Assembly: GCA_951406725.2 (NCBI GenBank)
Contig: OX597821.1
Span: 13,888,001-13,952,000 of the forward strand
Length of the DNA: 64,000 nt
Source of the DNA: Octopus vulgaris
Taxonomy: Eukaryota
Direction of reading: 5' to 3'
The notes beneath the pieces are model-generated. The model saw only the letters and a program-made list of their open reading frames with translations, had not been told where the DNA came from and searched no databases. The stretch's first letter is position 1. The number at the start of each line of letters is the position of its first letter. This document shows positions 1 to 13,515 of this stretch, piece by piece. The position numbers and the translations under genes were made by a program.

Positions 1-5
1 ATATG

Positions 6-129
<124 letters not shown>

Positions 130-138
130 TGTATATTC

Positions 139-472
139 GAGACCCCCTTCGGTCATGAATGACCATGGGTTTGCACCTACAAATTTACCCACTTAGTCAC
201 AAGTCTGGGCAAAGTGGTTTATGGAAGACCAGCAGTCGCCCACGCATAGCGGCCTCCCTTCTCCAGCCACCAGTGTTATCCAAGGGAAAGGCAACACCCG
301 ATGCGTGTTGAAACCTCTGACATCGCAACTCATTTCTACAGCTGAGTTAACTGGAGCAACCTGAAATAAAGTGTCTTGTTCAAGAACACAACACGCAGCC
401 CGGTCCGGGAATCGAACTCACAACCTTACGATCGTAAGCTCGACGCTCTAACCACTGAGCCATGTGCCTTCA
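139..472 (-). mobile_element. tRNA-derived SINE (family C-type), near full length
   Basis: Minus strand begins GAAGGCACATGGCTCAGTGGTTAGAGCGTCGAGC...GAGTTCGATTCCCGG (Pol III A and B boxes); second copy at 55878-56205; ends in a (TACA)n tail. Confidence 0.8.
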
Positions 473-480
473 CTATATGC

Positions 481-528
<48 letters not shown>

Positions 529-603
529 GTACATTTATATATGTGTATTTATATATTCACATATACATGCATATATATAAATCTTTATCGCTCTCTCTCT
601 ATA

Positions 604-661
<58 letters not shown>

Positions 662-1646
662 TACACACATACACAAACGTAGGACATAGATGCTTGCATA
701 GATACCCTATATACACGTTAGAGTTTGTATGTAAATTGTAATCATTTTTTAATTAGTATTTAGTCTTAGTAATTGTATAGTGATTGGTAAAATAAAAACA
801 TTGATTGGATTCAATAACACAAATAACAATTTGAAGAGAAACTTCACACAAAATAAAGCTATTCAAATTTCACCAAGGTCGATTTTGCCCTTCATTCTTT
901 CAGGATCAATAAGTCAAGTACCAGTGAAAAGCTAGGGTCGTTGTAATCGACTATCCCCTTCCCCAAATTTTAGGCCTTGTGTATAAGGAAAGCTTATACA
1001 GGCTCTGAATTTTAGAAGGGATTAATTGAGGAGGATACCAGTACCCTGTTATACAATGCAAATACTCTTATGTGATTGGTCTTAAGGGAAGATGAATTAT
1101 TAACACGCCGGGCGAGAGACCTTTTTTTTTTTTTGCGGTTTTACGATCTGCGTACAAATGTTGCTGAGGTTGACATTGCTATTCATCCTTTCGATATTGA
1201 TAAAATGAAGCACCAGTCAAGTACTACGGTCAATGTAGTCGACTTGCCTCTCCTCAATTTTGTTCCGAAATTAAAAAGAAAGCATTATTGACCCGAGGAA
1301 GAGCACAACTTGGTGTTTGATGCCTCGGGTAGAATGTCTCACTGTAGATGTTCCGATTCACTGAGCTCAAACTTCACCCAGGTCAACATCGCTTTCCATC
1401 CCTTCGGGGTCGATAAAATAAAGTAACAATGCAGAGCAGTGGGTTGGTAGAACTGCATATACGTCAGATTGGTTGCCTTGTGGTAATTTATTCGGGATAT
1501 TTGCGTTTTGAGTTCAAATCCCACCGCGGCTTACTTGGGTGATAGACTTTATCTGTTGCTCAGTTTCAGAACACTATCTTGCACATGATGCACTTTTTTA
1601 AACAAGTACCTAATTTTAAACATGTAGCGCTTTCGTTCTTCTTTTT

Positions 1647-1984
<338 letters not shown>

Positions 1985-2353
1985 ATAAGCATATTAAAAG
2001 GGGCCCATGGGAAATCTCATTTAAATAAAAGGGTTGATAATCACTGTGAAATGGTTAGGAACCACTGAACTAGACCATGCGCTGGCACATAAAGTAGATA
2101 TCAGAGAAGATAAATGCTACTTCCGAAACATTGAACCGTGCCCACCACTTTAAACTAGCACGCTATGAGTGACTGTGTTATGCTGCAGACCATTGGTATC
2201 GTTTCCAAATATTTTTACGAAGAAAGATATTTGTTTCAAACATTATTTTAGAAATGCTACTATTGTGCTTGAAACAACGTAACAGAACGACAAGAATGAA
2301 ATTAAAAAGGAATGCAATTCAAATAAATAGAATTAGACAGGCAAATCATCGTT

Positions 2354-2730
2354 ATTTTGCTACTACTTCTAGCAAAACGAATCCACAAGTAGAGGTCTCT
2401 CGGTGGTTCATTCTGTCGCCTGTTTGTAAGAAGTGAATCTAATCTGAAATTCTACTGTTACACATGGAATGAAAATGTTGCATGGAAACTGATGAAGTTT
2501 ATGATGAATATAACCGATAACAGATAAATTTGTAATTCGTACGCAACAGGTATATGATTAATTTCTTGAAATTGGAAATGTATGGAGTATGAACATATCT
2601 GTTATTTCTTCTTAAAAGTCAAAGCGACAGTAGAATTTCAGATTAGAATCACTTTTACAAACAGGCGACAGAATGAACCACCGAGAAACCTCTCCTTGTG
2701 GATTCGTTTAGCTAGAAGTAGTAGCAAAAT
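2354..2730. repeat. Long inverted repeat (arms 2354-2458 / 2627-2730)
   Basis: ATTTTGCTACTACTTCTAGC...AAATTCTACTGT is the near-exact reverse complement of ACAGTAGAATTT...GCTAGAAGTAGTAGCAAAAT. Confidence 0.92.
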
Positions 2731-3470
2731 CTATTTCAATCATACATATAACATGCTTTTTAAAAACTGATACATTGGATAAATACACTAAGTTCTAAAC
2801 GCACTAAGGATAACTAAATGTTGGGATCGTCGCGACTGGAACAGCTTTGATCAGTTCTGCACGTTCAAGGCTGAACTGAAGCTAAGCAACTACAACAACA
2901 ACTATCATAAACTGAAGGAAAGCTTATACAGGCTCTGAATAATTATAATAATAATAATAATAATGATAATAATAATGATAATAATAATAATAATAATAAT
3001 GGTATAAAAGATGGGCTACAGCAAATATTCTGCTCAATACCATAGATTTGCTTGTCAGTTGTTTGACCTTAACCAGTTGAGCATGTCCCTCAGTGGCTGA
3101 CGATATGTGCATCTCTGATCACGAGCAGAAGTAGTGGGGGAGCACCATAGCCATGTGTTGAGAGGGATTCTTTGGGGTTTGAATAATTCACCTCTGGAAA
3201 CATGGGTGTTTCGTTCAACATCCTTAAACAACCCTTATTCAGGGACCTTTTGAACGGGATGGGCTACTCGACCAGAAGAAAATTCTAACTGGGCCCCACC
3301 TGCTAGGTCATGTGCTGTTTATCTTGATATGAGATCACCATGTCGCTCACATGTGGTTGTGATGCATGTGCCTGGTGTACCCTTATCAGACGGGTAGTCA
3401 TGATGGGTATATTGGGCTTCGTATATTTTACCCCAGTGTCACTTTGATGGCATGAACTGCTCTCTCACTC

Positions 3471-3518
<48 letters not shown>

Positions 3519-3542
3519 TATGATAATAATAATAATAATAAT

Positions 3543-4116
3543 CCTTTCTCTTATAAGCAAAAGGCCTGAAATTTCTGGGAAGAGGCCATCGATCAGATCG
3601 ACCCAGTACGCAACTGGTACTTAATTTATCGACCCGGAAAGGATGGAAGGCAAAGTCGACCTCTGCGGAATTTGAACTCAGAACGTAGCGGCAGACGAAA
3701 TACCTATTTCTTTACTGCCCACAAGGGGCTAAACACAGAGAGGACAAACAAGGACAGACAAACGGATTAAGTCGATTACATCGACCCCAGTGCGTAACTG
3801 GTACTTATTTAATCGACCCGGAAAGGATGGAAGGCAAAGTCGACCTCTGCGGAATTTAAACTCAGAACATAGCGGCAGACGAAATACCGCTAAGCATTTC
3901 GCCTGGCATGCTAACGATTCTGCTAATAATAATAATAATAATGATGGTCTCAAATTTTGGTACAAGGCCAGCAGGTTTGGGGGTGGGAGGAAGTCGATTA
4001 CGTCTACCAGTATTCAACTCATACTTATTTTATCGACCCTGAAAGGATGAAAGTCGAAGATAACCTTGGCGAATTTTGAACTCAGAATGTAAAAGACGGA
4101 CGAAATGCCGCTAAAT
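3543..4116 (-). mobile_element. Cluster of family B SINE copies (one with an internal tandem duplication)
   Basis: Contains the reverse complement of the family core GTCGACTTTGCCTTTCATCCTTTCGGGGTCGATAAA..AAGTACCAG three times; separated by (AAT)n. Confidence 0.8.
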
Positions 4117-4211
4117 ACGGGGATTTGTCAGAAAGTGATGCCTAAAAAAAATTGCATTACTTTCTGGTTCTCTTCGTAATTTAAGTCTGTGCAGTTGAGG
4201 GCAGGCATATA

Positions 4212-5440
4212 CGAGGGGCGTTCAATAAGTAATGCTCCTGACCCACTTCCCATAGCAGTAGAGCAACGACACTTGGCACAGTTAATTGTCTTTTCCTACA
4301 TAGGAACTACCCAGAGTTATGCATTTCTCCCATCGTTTGATACAGCTCTGGAGACCGTTTTTGTAGAAGACCCCAACTTGGTCCTCCAACCACGACGTGA
4401 CTTCAGAAATCAAGGCTGCATCATCTGGGAAACGCTTTCCTTTCAAAATCAACTTCATGGCTGGGAAGAGGTGAAAATCAGAGGGTGCAAGGGGAGGAGT
4501 CCATAGCTGCACGCCTGTGCTTCTGATCTGGCGACACGCGAGTTGTGGACCGGAGCGTTGTCCTGCAGGAGGAGGATGCCTTTGCTGATCTTGCCCCGCC
4601 TCTTGATTTTGATAGCTTCTCTTAATTTCCTCAAAAGTGAAGCATAATAGGCTCCTGTAATTGTGGTACCCTTTGCCAGGAAATCTGTCATCACTACTCC
4701 GTCCTGGTCCCAGAAGACTGTGAGCATAACCTTGTCAGCGGAGGGCTGCACCCTTGCCTTCTTTGGAGGAGGTGAGTCACGGTGCTTTCACTGCATTGAC
4801 TGGGCTTTGGTCTATGGATCATAGTGATGGACCCAGGTTTTATCCTGTGTGATCAGTCTTTTGAAAAATTTTGACTCATCTTCTTGGCACATCTCCAAAT
4901 TCATCCTTGAGCACTCAACGCGTTCTTGCTTCTGGAAAGGTGTGAGCAACCTGGGAATCCATCTGGCAGACACCTTTTGCATATGCAAATGGTCATGAAT
5001 GATAGTTTCCACAGACCCGGTACTAATCTTGACCTTATGGGCTATTTGGCGAATAGTTATGCGTTGACCTTCCAAAATGGCAGCCTCAACTTGACGGACA
5101 GATGCCTCATCAATGGCAGAAGGGGGCGACCAGACCTGGGAGCTGTTTCCACAGAGTTCCGACTATGTTTGAATTCACAATGCCAGTGTTTTACAAGGTC
5201 ATATGATGGGGCATCATCACCATAAGTTACTTTCATTTCATCAAAAGTCTCCCGTGGTGTGCGTCCTTTCAAATACAAAAACCAGATCACTGCTCGACAC
5301 TCAACAGGCTCCATTTCACACTTGACTCAGTTCAAACACCTGTAAATCAGAAACCACAATTAGTTCAGAGCTGTAATTCGCCACTTAATCTATAGAGGTA
5401 TAAATAAGTGCACATGCAAAATTTCAGCTAGATCAAATAA
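4212..5440 (-). mobile_element. Mariner (Tc1/mariner, DD34D) DNA transposon, decayed
   Basis: TA|CGAGGGGCGTTCAATAAGTAATG terminus at 4210-4234; transposase fragments on the minus strand; the second TIR is not recognisable, so the 5440 boundary is approximate. Confidence 0.9.
4282..5314 (-). pseudogene. Frameshifted mariner transposase
   Basis: Four consecutive minus-strand ORFs (5057-5314, 4812-5075, 4455-4751, 4282-4512) carry the HTH N-terminus (RAVIWFLYLKG), WIPRLL, ITQDKTWVHHYDP, LLLQDNAPVH and LAPSDFHLF motifs. Confidence 0.93.
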
Positions 5441-5568
5441 CATATTTTCGGCCTTTGTACCATTGACAGCGGAATATCAAAGATGCAACTGCCGAGGAGA
5501 TGAAGGGAATACAACATCATTCAGTCGGTACTTGTTTACACGCACACACACATATATACACACATGTA

Positions 5569-5719
5569 GGATCTTTTCGGTTACAAACTACGGAATTTTC
5601 TCAAGAAAGCCAAGAGAAAAAGATGCTTTATAAACACATTTTACCAGTATACGAAGTTTAAAATTTTTTAGTTACATAGAAATTATTTTAAAAATCTGCC
5701 GGTCAAACCGAAAAGATCC
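5569..5719. mobile_element. Internally deleted MITE with 8-bp TSD (Merlin-like)
   Basis: TIRs GGATCTTTTCGGTT / AACCGAAAAGATCC; identical flanks CACATGTA at 5561-5568 and 5720-5727; longer copy at 60886-61305. Confidence 0.85.
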
Positions 5720-6339
5720 CACATGTATGTTTGTATGTGTGTGTGTGTGTGTGTGTGTGAGTATTAGTATTTGTTTCCCTCTGCCATTTGACAATCGGTG
5801 TTGGTTCCTTTACCTGCGCGTACGTCAACGGTTCGGGAAAAGACATCGATCGAATAAGTACTAACCTTTTAAAAAGACATTTTTTTAATTACAAAAAAAA
5901 AAAAAGGAATTGAGAGGGAGAATCTATTCGTTCGACTAAAGTTTTTTCAATGCAGTGCTCCAACATGACCGCTGTCCAATGACTGGAATAAATAAAACGA
6001 TAAAAGATAAGAGATAAAAGAACCACACACAAAAAAAAAACTAATTTAGCTAAAATAAACGCAAAACAAATCAAATTGCTTGTCCAAGTGAAAAATCATC
6101 GTCTTATATTTAACAATGCACTGTAAATATTCATTACGTTGGATCAACAATAATATATTACTTCTAAATGTCAGTGACTCTGGTTAGTTTTAACTGCAAT
6201 GAGTGGATAACTGATCATACTGACAGCAACTCCAGATGGCGACCGGTTGCATTTATGGATTTTATCAAAGCACTGGTCGTTTTTCAACAAAGCCGACGTA
6301 TTTTTCCATTTGGTTTTACGGTTGGTTGACGGTTTGAGA

Positions 6340-6560
6340 ATTATCTAATCAGTCAAGTGTGAGCTTCAGAACAACCACGATGTCAAGCCGTCTGTTGTGT
6401 GTATTTAGTTAGATATCTATCAAACTGTTGAGCGATTTTCCATTACTTGTCTCTCTCTCTCTCGGTCCGCATGCCGCGCGCGCTTTAGTTTGCGTGAAAA
6501 GACTTGCAACGTTTCTAGGTGACGAAGTAAATACATCAGGAGTTGAGATATATTACAGGC
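6340..6560 (+). promoter_or_regulatory. Candidate internal promoter / TSS region of a short NOS1AP isoform
   Basis: Local CpG-rich patch (CTCGGTCCGCATGCCGCGCGCGC, about 6461-6483) with Inr-like TCAGT/TTAGTT, upstream of the orphan splice donor at 7635. Confidence 0.3.
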
Positions 6561-6573
6561 GTGTGTGTGTGTG

Positions 6574-6605
<32 letters not shown>

Positions 6606-6647
6606 CGTGTGCGTGCGTGTACATATATTGATGCATATGTCTATGAG

Positions 6648-7383
<736 letters not shown>

Positions 7384-7612
7384 TGCATAATGGTTGTGTG
7401 TATGTATATGTATGTGTGTATGTGAATGTATGTACGTACGTATGCATGTTGCATGCATGCCTCTATAAGTGCTGGCACATCAATAATCCGGTTCACATAC
7501 ACGGGCCGCATACGTGTACAAAATCCAAATTATGTGTACACACTCACACATGTATGGACATGTTTAAGCGATGACTGGCAACAACCTACTGGATATTCCG
7601 AAATAGACACTC

Positions 7613-7634
7613 ATGCCGAATGGAGAAGAAAACG
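7613..7634 (+). CDS. NOS1AP: Candidate alternative first coding exon of NOS1AP-like gene (MPNGEEN + phase 1)
   Basis: ATG CCG AAT GGA GAA GAA AAC G|GTAAGT: consensus donor at 7635; phase 1 matches the acceptors at 19690 and 35006. Confidence 0.45.
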
Positions 7635-7785
7635 GTAAGTGATTGAGGTTGGTGGGGTGGAGAAAGAGAGAGAGAGAGATGGGGTAGAAATAAAGGACGA
7701 ATGAGAAAGGTGTTGAAACGAACAAATTTGATTGGTTACTTACAGAAACAAACAGAAGACCACTAAATAAATTTGGACAGACCAG

Positions 7786-7816
<31 letters not shown>

Positions 7817-8100
7817 GCACAAATACACACACGTATGTATGTGTGATGATGGTGTGTATTCTATGTATGGATGAGCTTATAGGATTATATGCATATAAGG
7901 TGATTGATAGCCTGATTATCGATTATCTTCTCGCCAACAAACCTACTTGTATTTGCGGGTGAATTGCAGATTTAGTGCCTAGGTCTCGAACATCAGATCA
8001 ACCGCCATGTTATTTTTATATCGTTCTGCTAATAGTTTAATTGCAGCGTATTTTTTAGTGTATCTATCCTATGTCTTCGTACATACATAGATATATGTCC

Positions 8101-8133
<33 letters not shown>

Positions 8134-8143
8134 CTTCTTTCTC

Positions 8144-8201
<58 letters not shown>

Positions 8202-8220
8202 GCTATATATATATATATAA

Positions 8221-8432
8221 AGTTAATCCAAACAAGAAAAGACAAAAAACACAACAACGCGAGGACGTTGAACAAATAAAGTATTATTGGACGCTCAGGA
8301 AAGAAGGGAAGAAGGAGGGTCTAACGTTTCGAGCGGAGCTCTTCGTCGGAAACATAGGAGAAGGAAAGATCCAGAGAAGGGAAGACAGGGGAAAAAAATC
8401 GCCAACGGTACACACGAGGTCACATTTTGAAA
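8221..8432 (-). mobile_element. Hammerhead-bearing module inserted in (TA)n (Penelope-like pLTR remnant)
   Basis: Flanked by TA runs; related copy at about 30819-31010 and the start of another at 63991-64000. Confidence 0.6.
8319..8353 (-). ncRNA. Minimal type I hammerhead ribozyme-like motif
   Basis: Minus strand GTTT-CCGACGA-A-GAGC(TCC)GCTC-GAAA-CG-TT-AGAC: stem I, core, stem II, GAAA, palindromic ACGT stem III. Confidence 0.6.
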
Positions 8433-8460
8433 CTATATATATATATATGCACACACACAT

Positions 8461-8495
<35 letters not shown>

Positions 8496-8680
8496 ATGTG
8501 TTGGATCGCTAGCCAATACACATTCTATATTTTATCTCCTTGTTTCTTTCTGTGTTCCTTTCTATGGAAGAGCGTAGGCTCGAAACGTTAAAAACTTTTT
8601 CACTTCCCGAACGTTAAACTAATACATCTGTTTGTTGTCTACACCACCTGTCTTCGTCTTTTGTTTTCTTGTGAATTCCT

Positions 8681-8731
<51 letters not shown>

Positions 8732-8734
<3 letters not shown>

Positions 8735-9095
8735 CAAATAAGTAACAGGGTGTCAAGTATTAATGCAATACGACCGTTTCAGGCGGCGCCATTTAATTGA
8801 ACAATGCAATCATTACTTTAGTTTAAATACAGTGCCATCTTTAGTTGCAAAAAATATGGATTTTAACTTATTCTCGCTATAATGGTGGCAACATGAAATT
8901 CGTTCATGCCCTAGCTCTGATAAATATCTGAGAAAAATTATCTTGATATATCTTGTCTGCTGAAAATCCATATCTTTTACAACTGAAGATTGTGCAGTAT
9001 TTAAACTGAGGAAATGCTTGCATTGTTCAATTAAATGGAGCCGCTTGAAACGGTCGTATTGCATTAATATTTGACATCCTGTTACTTAATTGATT
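8732..9095. repeat. Long inverted repeat (arms 8732-8814 / 9013-9095)
   Basis: AATCAAATAAGTAACAGGGTGTCAAG...GAACAATGCAATCATT versus AATGCTTGCATTGTTC...TGACATCCTGTTACTTAATTGATT. Confidence 0.9.
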
Positions 9096-9187
9096 TTATT
9101 CACCTTACGTCGAGCTGTGCGGATAATACCGGACTGACTTGGTGCTTCAACTTAAGTACCTAATTCAAGTGAATATTAATTTTATAT

Positions 9188-9263
<76 letters not shown>

Positions 9264-9477
9264 TTTATTTGTGTATTAAGGCTACCATTGGTTCCATGTT
9301 AAGGAATAGCTCAACAATTATTTAACCCTATCACATAGAAAAATTGGTATTCGTCTCCCTTTAATCCAAAATGGTGACGAACACTCAGTCTTTTTATGTG
9401 ATAGTCTGGAATAATTGCTGAGATATTCCTCATCCACCAATGTGGTATCAAGCATTAATTCTCATTTTTTTAATATT

Positions 9478-9554
<77 letters not shown>

Positions 9555-10071
9555 ATGTGAGAGACAGTTGGTAAATAAAAGAAAGTAACACTCAGAATAT
9601 CTAATTATAAATGTAATCATTTAATAATTAGTACGAAACACAGCCACAACCATATACATATGCCTCGAACAAAATTTTCATCCAACTCTATTCAGTGATC
9701 AACTGAAGTACCTGACCACTGGATTATTTTTTAAGTAGCCGAGTATTAAATAGATATTTGTTCTCTGGTCGAAATTTATCAGCTCAGACAGCATAAAGCA
9801 ATGTAACGAGGTTATGCTTTTGAATTATATGTACAATTATTCCAACGGGCTTCGACACAGTTTCAATCAATCAAATTTCTCTTATAATCCATGTGTCAAC
9901 CTGGTGTTACCTGAGTTACCAAAAATGCTACGCTATGGTACCGAAACCCGGACCTCGTGATTGTAAAGTGACCACCTTAACCATTTAGTCACGCTGTCTT
10001 TTAGTCATTACAGACACACACACACATATATATATATAACGATGATGATGATGATGATATATATATTATTC

Positions 10072-10268
<197 letters not shown>

Positions 10269-10276
10269 GTATACAT

Positions 10277-11385
10277 AAAAATATAGAAAAACTCATAGAA
10301 TTCCAGGAAATTTTAAACGGACTGGACGTAAACATCCAATTCACGATGGAATATAGCCAGCAACAACTCCCCTTCCTCGATATCCTCATTAAGAAAGCTA
10401 ATAATATAATAGAAACAGACATATATTATAAGCCTACAGATTCTAAGCAATATCTTCCATTCAATTCATGCCACCTAAGACACACCAGGATGAATATCCC
10501 CTTCAATCTAGCCAAAAGGATATGCACTATAGTCTCTAATGCAAACACCAGAGACACACGACTACAAGAACTAAAAGATACCCTTATCACCAGGAACTAT
10601 CCACCTTCACTTATTGACAAGTGCATTCAACTTAACATCAAGGAACTGAGACATCCCAAATCAAAGAAAAACTTACGACCAAAAGCCTTACCATACATCT
10701 CCACACACAACCCTCTCAATAACGAAGCCTTCGGCACCATCCTCCACAACATACCCCTCCTAAAAAAAGACCACAGAATGAACACAATCCTCCAAACACA
10801 CACGATCATAAAAAGCAAGAGGCAGCCTAAATCCATGAAAGTCCCCTAACACAAGCCCGAATTCACTCTTCAACACAGAAGCCGACAGTAAAAAAATGTG
10901 GAAGACCCAATTGCGGGATATGCGATTATCTAATTGAGGGATCAAAGTTCTCCTTCAAACAGGGACAGCGGTTTACAGTGAAAAGCAACTTCACATGTGC
11001 TTCGGAGAACCTAATATACTCACTAACCTGCTCCGGGTGTCAAGAGCAGTACATAGGCCAAACAAAAAATAGTTTGCGTAAACGAATGGCCCTGCACAGA
11101 TCCCAGATAAAAATTCCCCAAAACAGAAAAATAGCTTTCAGCCAACACATAGATACTTGCGCCAACAACAAAACACCAGGCTTCAGGATTTTTCCCCTCT
11201 ACCAATTTAGGGACGATACAACCTTGAGACAACGAATAAGTAAAGAAACTCTCTTTATTACAAAATACAGGCCACTTCTTAACGGGTCTACGACAAACGA
11301 TTAATTGTCAAAATGACCGAAATCGGTACTGAAATGTTCTTTATAAAATTATTTTAGCATTTTCTATTTTGACTTATTTTTTCAT
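10277..11385 (+). mobile_element. 5'-truncated Penelope-like retroelement (RT C-terminus, Cys-rich linker, GIY-YIG endonuclease; Neptune-like)
   Basis: Translates to ...[30 protein letters not shown]...[20 protein letters not shown]..., then after a frameshift near 10840 to KKCGRPNCGIC...FTCASENLIYSLTCSGCQEQYIGQTKNSLRKRMALH; stop at 11304; (TA)n on both sides. Confidence 0.92.
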
Positions 11386-11415
11386 ATACGTATATATATA
11401 TACATATATATATAC

Positions 11416-11504
<89 letters not shown>

Positions 11505-12837
11505 TATACATATATATACAAATATATGTATATATATATATGTGTGTGTGTATATATATATATATATGTGTGTGTGCATGTATGTATATATATTATGAAT
11601 GAATCTATATATCTGTGTGTGCGTGTGTGTGCATGTGCTATCATGTATATTTGTGTTATACGCAGTGTTTTCTGAAGAGAAGGGAAAGATCTTAGTCGTG
11701 TTTGGTAACATCACCAATTACTATGTATTCTTCCATTGTAAAGTGAAGTATTGGTTCATCCAGATCTACCAAACTTACAATAGAAATGATTAATATCAAT
11801 TCTACATATGAGATACAGTTAATAAATCTATTGATCTCTAACAATACGATTGCGAATGTCTCTAAAAAAAATTTTTTTTTTAAGCGAGAAAGAGGTCCGG
11901 TACTTAGTTCGAAGTTCAAGGAGTTCAGTAGGTGAAAATCAAAATTTCCACCATATAACGACACCAGCTTAACATTGCGTTGCTATACGATCTGTTTGTT
12001 GCTGGTGCTATTTTGGTAGTTCTCTTTATTATTTAGTCTCAGTTCTCTCCTGTTTAAGTAGACACATTAATCGTATGCATTCAATCAGAACCATCCTGCA
12101 TTTTTTCCAGTCATTTTATATGTAGAGCTTGTATTTTTTGTTGTATTTTTTGTTTTGTTATTTTTAAAGACGGTAAGATGTGGTTGGAAAAATAATTTGT
12201 TGCTATTTCTAGCATCCCGTTCCACGTCGAAGAGCAGTATTTCTCGACCACTTTTTACGAACGATACCTATTTTACGCGGATGAATCCTCCTGGTCATTC
12301 GATGTTTAAAATAAAATCATATTATATTTTGATAATTAACCCTCTCGGCCCAAGTGGTACAAAGTGGAAAGAGCTTTGAGACCGATCCCTCGGTTCGATG
12401 GAACAAATGTTGTGATGGTTGGTTTTGAAGTATAATAGCCAATTAGAGATCGTCTTTGAGTAATTATATCTCAATAGGAAAAGTAGTTTGGTCTTTTTAG
12501 CTACACTTACCAAAACACCGTGTCTCAAAAGAGCTAAATTCTATAAGGAATTGTATAAAAGAAATTTTAATATTTTGTGTATTGTAAAGGCTTAACCAAT
12601 TTATTGAAGATAAATTCATTTAAGCGACAGTGTCTTATAAAGACCCTAGTTGAGAACCATTGACGCAGAGGCTCCCTTGTTGGCTCGTGATCTGTGAGCC
12701 ATGCTCGACGGCGAGGTGAAGAGGAGTCTAGCACTTTAATATCATATCTACAAATAAATTGATAATTTGATTGCTGCAAATATTCAGCTTGTTTTGCCTT
12801 ACAACACCATCCTGCCTTCCGTGGATCACATTTGCTA

Positions 12838-12881
12838 TCATCATCGTCGTCATCGTCTCCGTCATCATCATCATCATCATT

Positions 12882-12923
<42 letters not shown>

Positions 12924-12943
12924 GTCATCATCATCATCATCAT
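12838..12943. repeat. (ATC)n microsatellite
   Basis: Direct reading. Confidence 0.95.
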
Positions 12944-13201
12944 CGTTCCTTATAGTAGTTAGTTCTCGACGTTTTGTAGTCCATTATCTCCTTTCATGGA
13001 ATGCCGTTTTGCAACAAAAAAAAATAATAATAATAAATACGAGATTATTTTAATTAAGTAGAAACTAATTTTATTTTTGTGGTTTATTATCCCATCCAGC
13101 ACCAGCATGGACCTCTGTTTAAACATTTGCGTTGGTTAGTGTTTCTTGGAGTTTTTTTACAAGAAAATTATTAAAGAAAACGAGATATAAAATGAAGGTG
13201 C

Positions 13202-13515
13202 TCCTTCGTTTTAACTCGACAAAACTATAACAAGACCTCGGTTGTTTCCGTGACAACTCGACAATTCACTTTGGATATCTTCGTGACCTCCGAATATTTG
13301 CGGATTTTACATACACACATGAAGCAGGTAAGAACAAATATGCAACGCTTTTTGCTGGCATAATTTCGTTATATCTATATTCCACAACACATGAATACAG
13401 AAAAGCAGAACTCGAACACTGTCAATGAGGTCACGAAGATATCCGAAGTGAATTGTCGAGTTGACACGGAAACAACCGAGGTCTTGTTATAGTTTCGTCG
13501 AGTTAAAACGAAGGA
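13202..13515. repeat. Long inverted repeat (arms 13202-13290 / 13427-13515)
   Basis: 89-bp arms with 3 mismatches by manual comparison. Confidence 0.95.
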
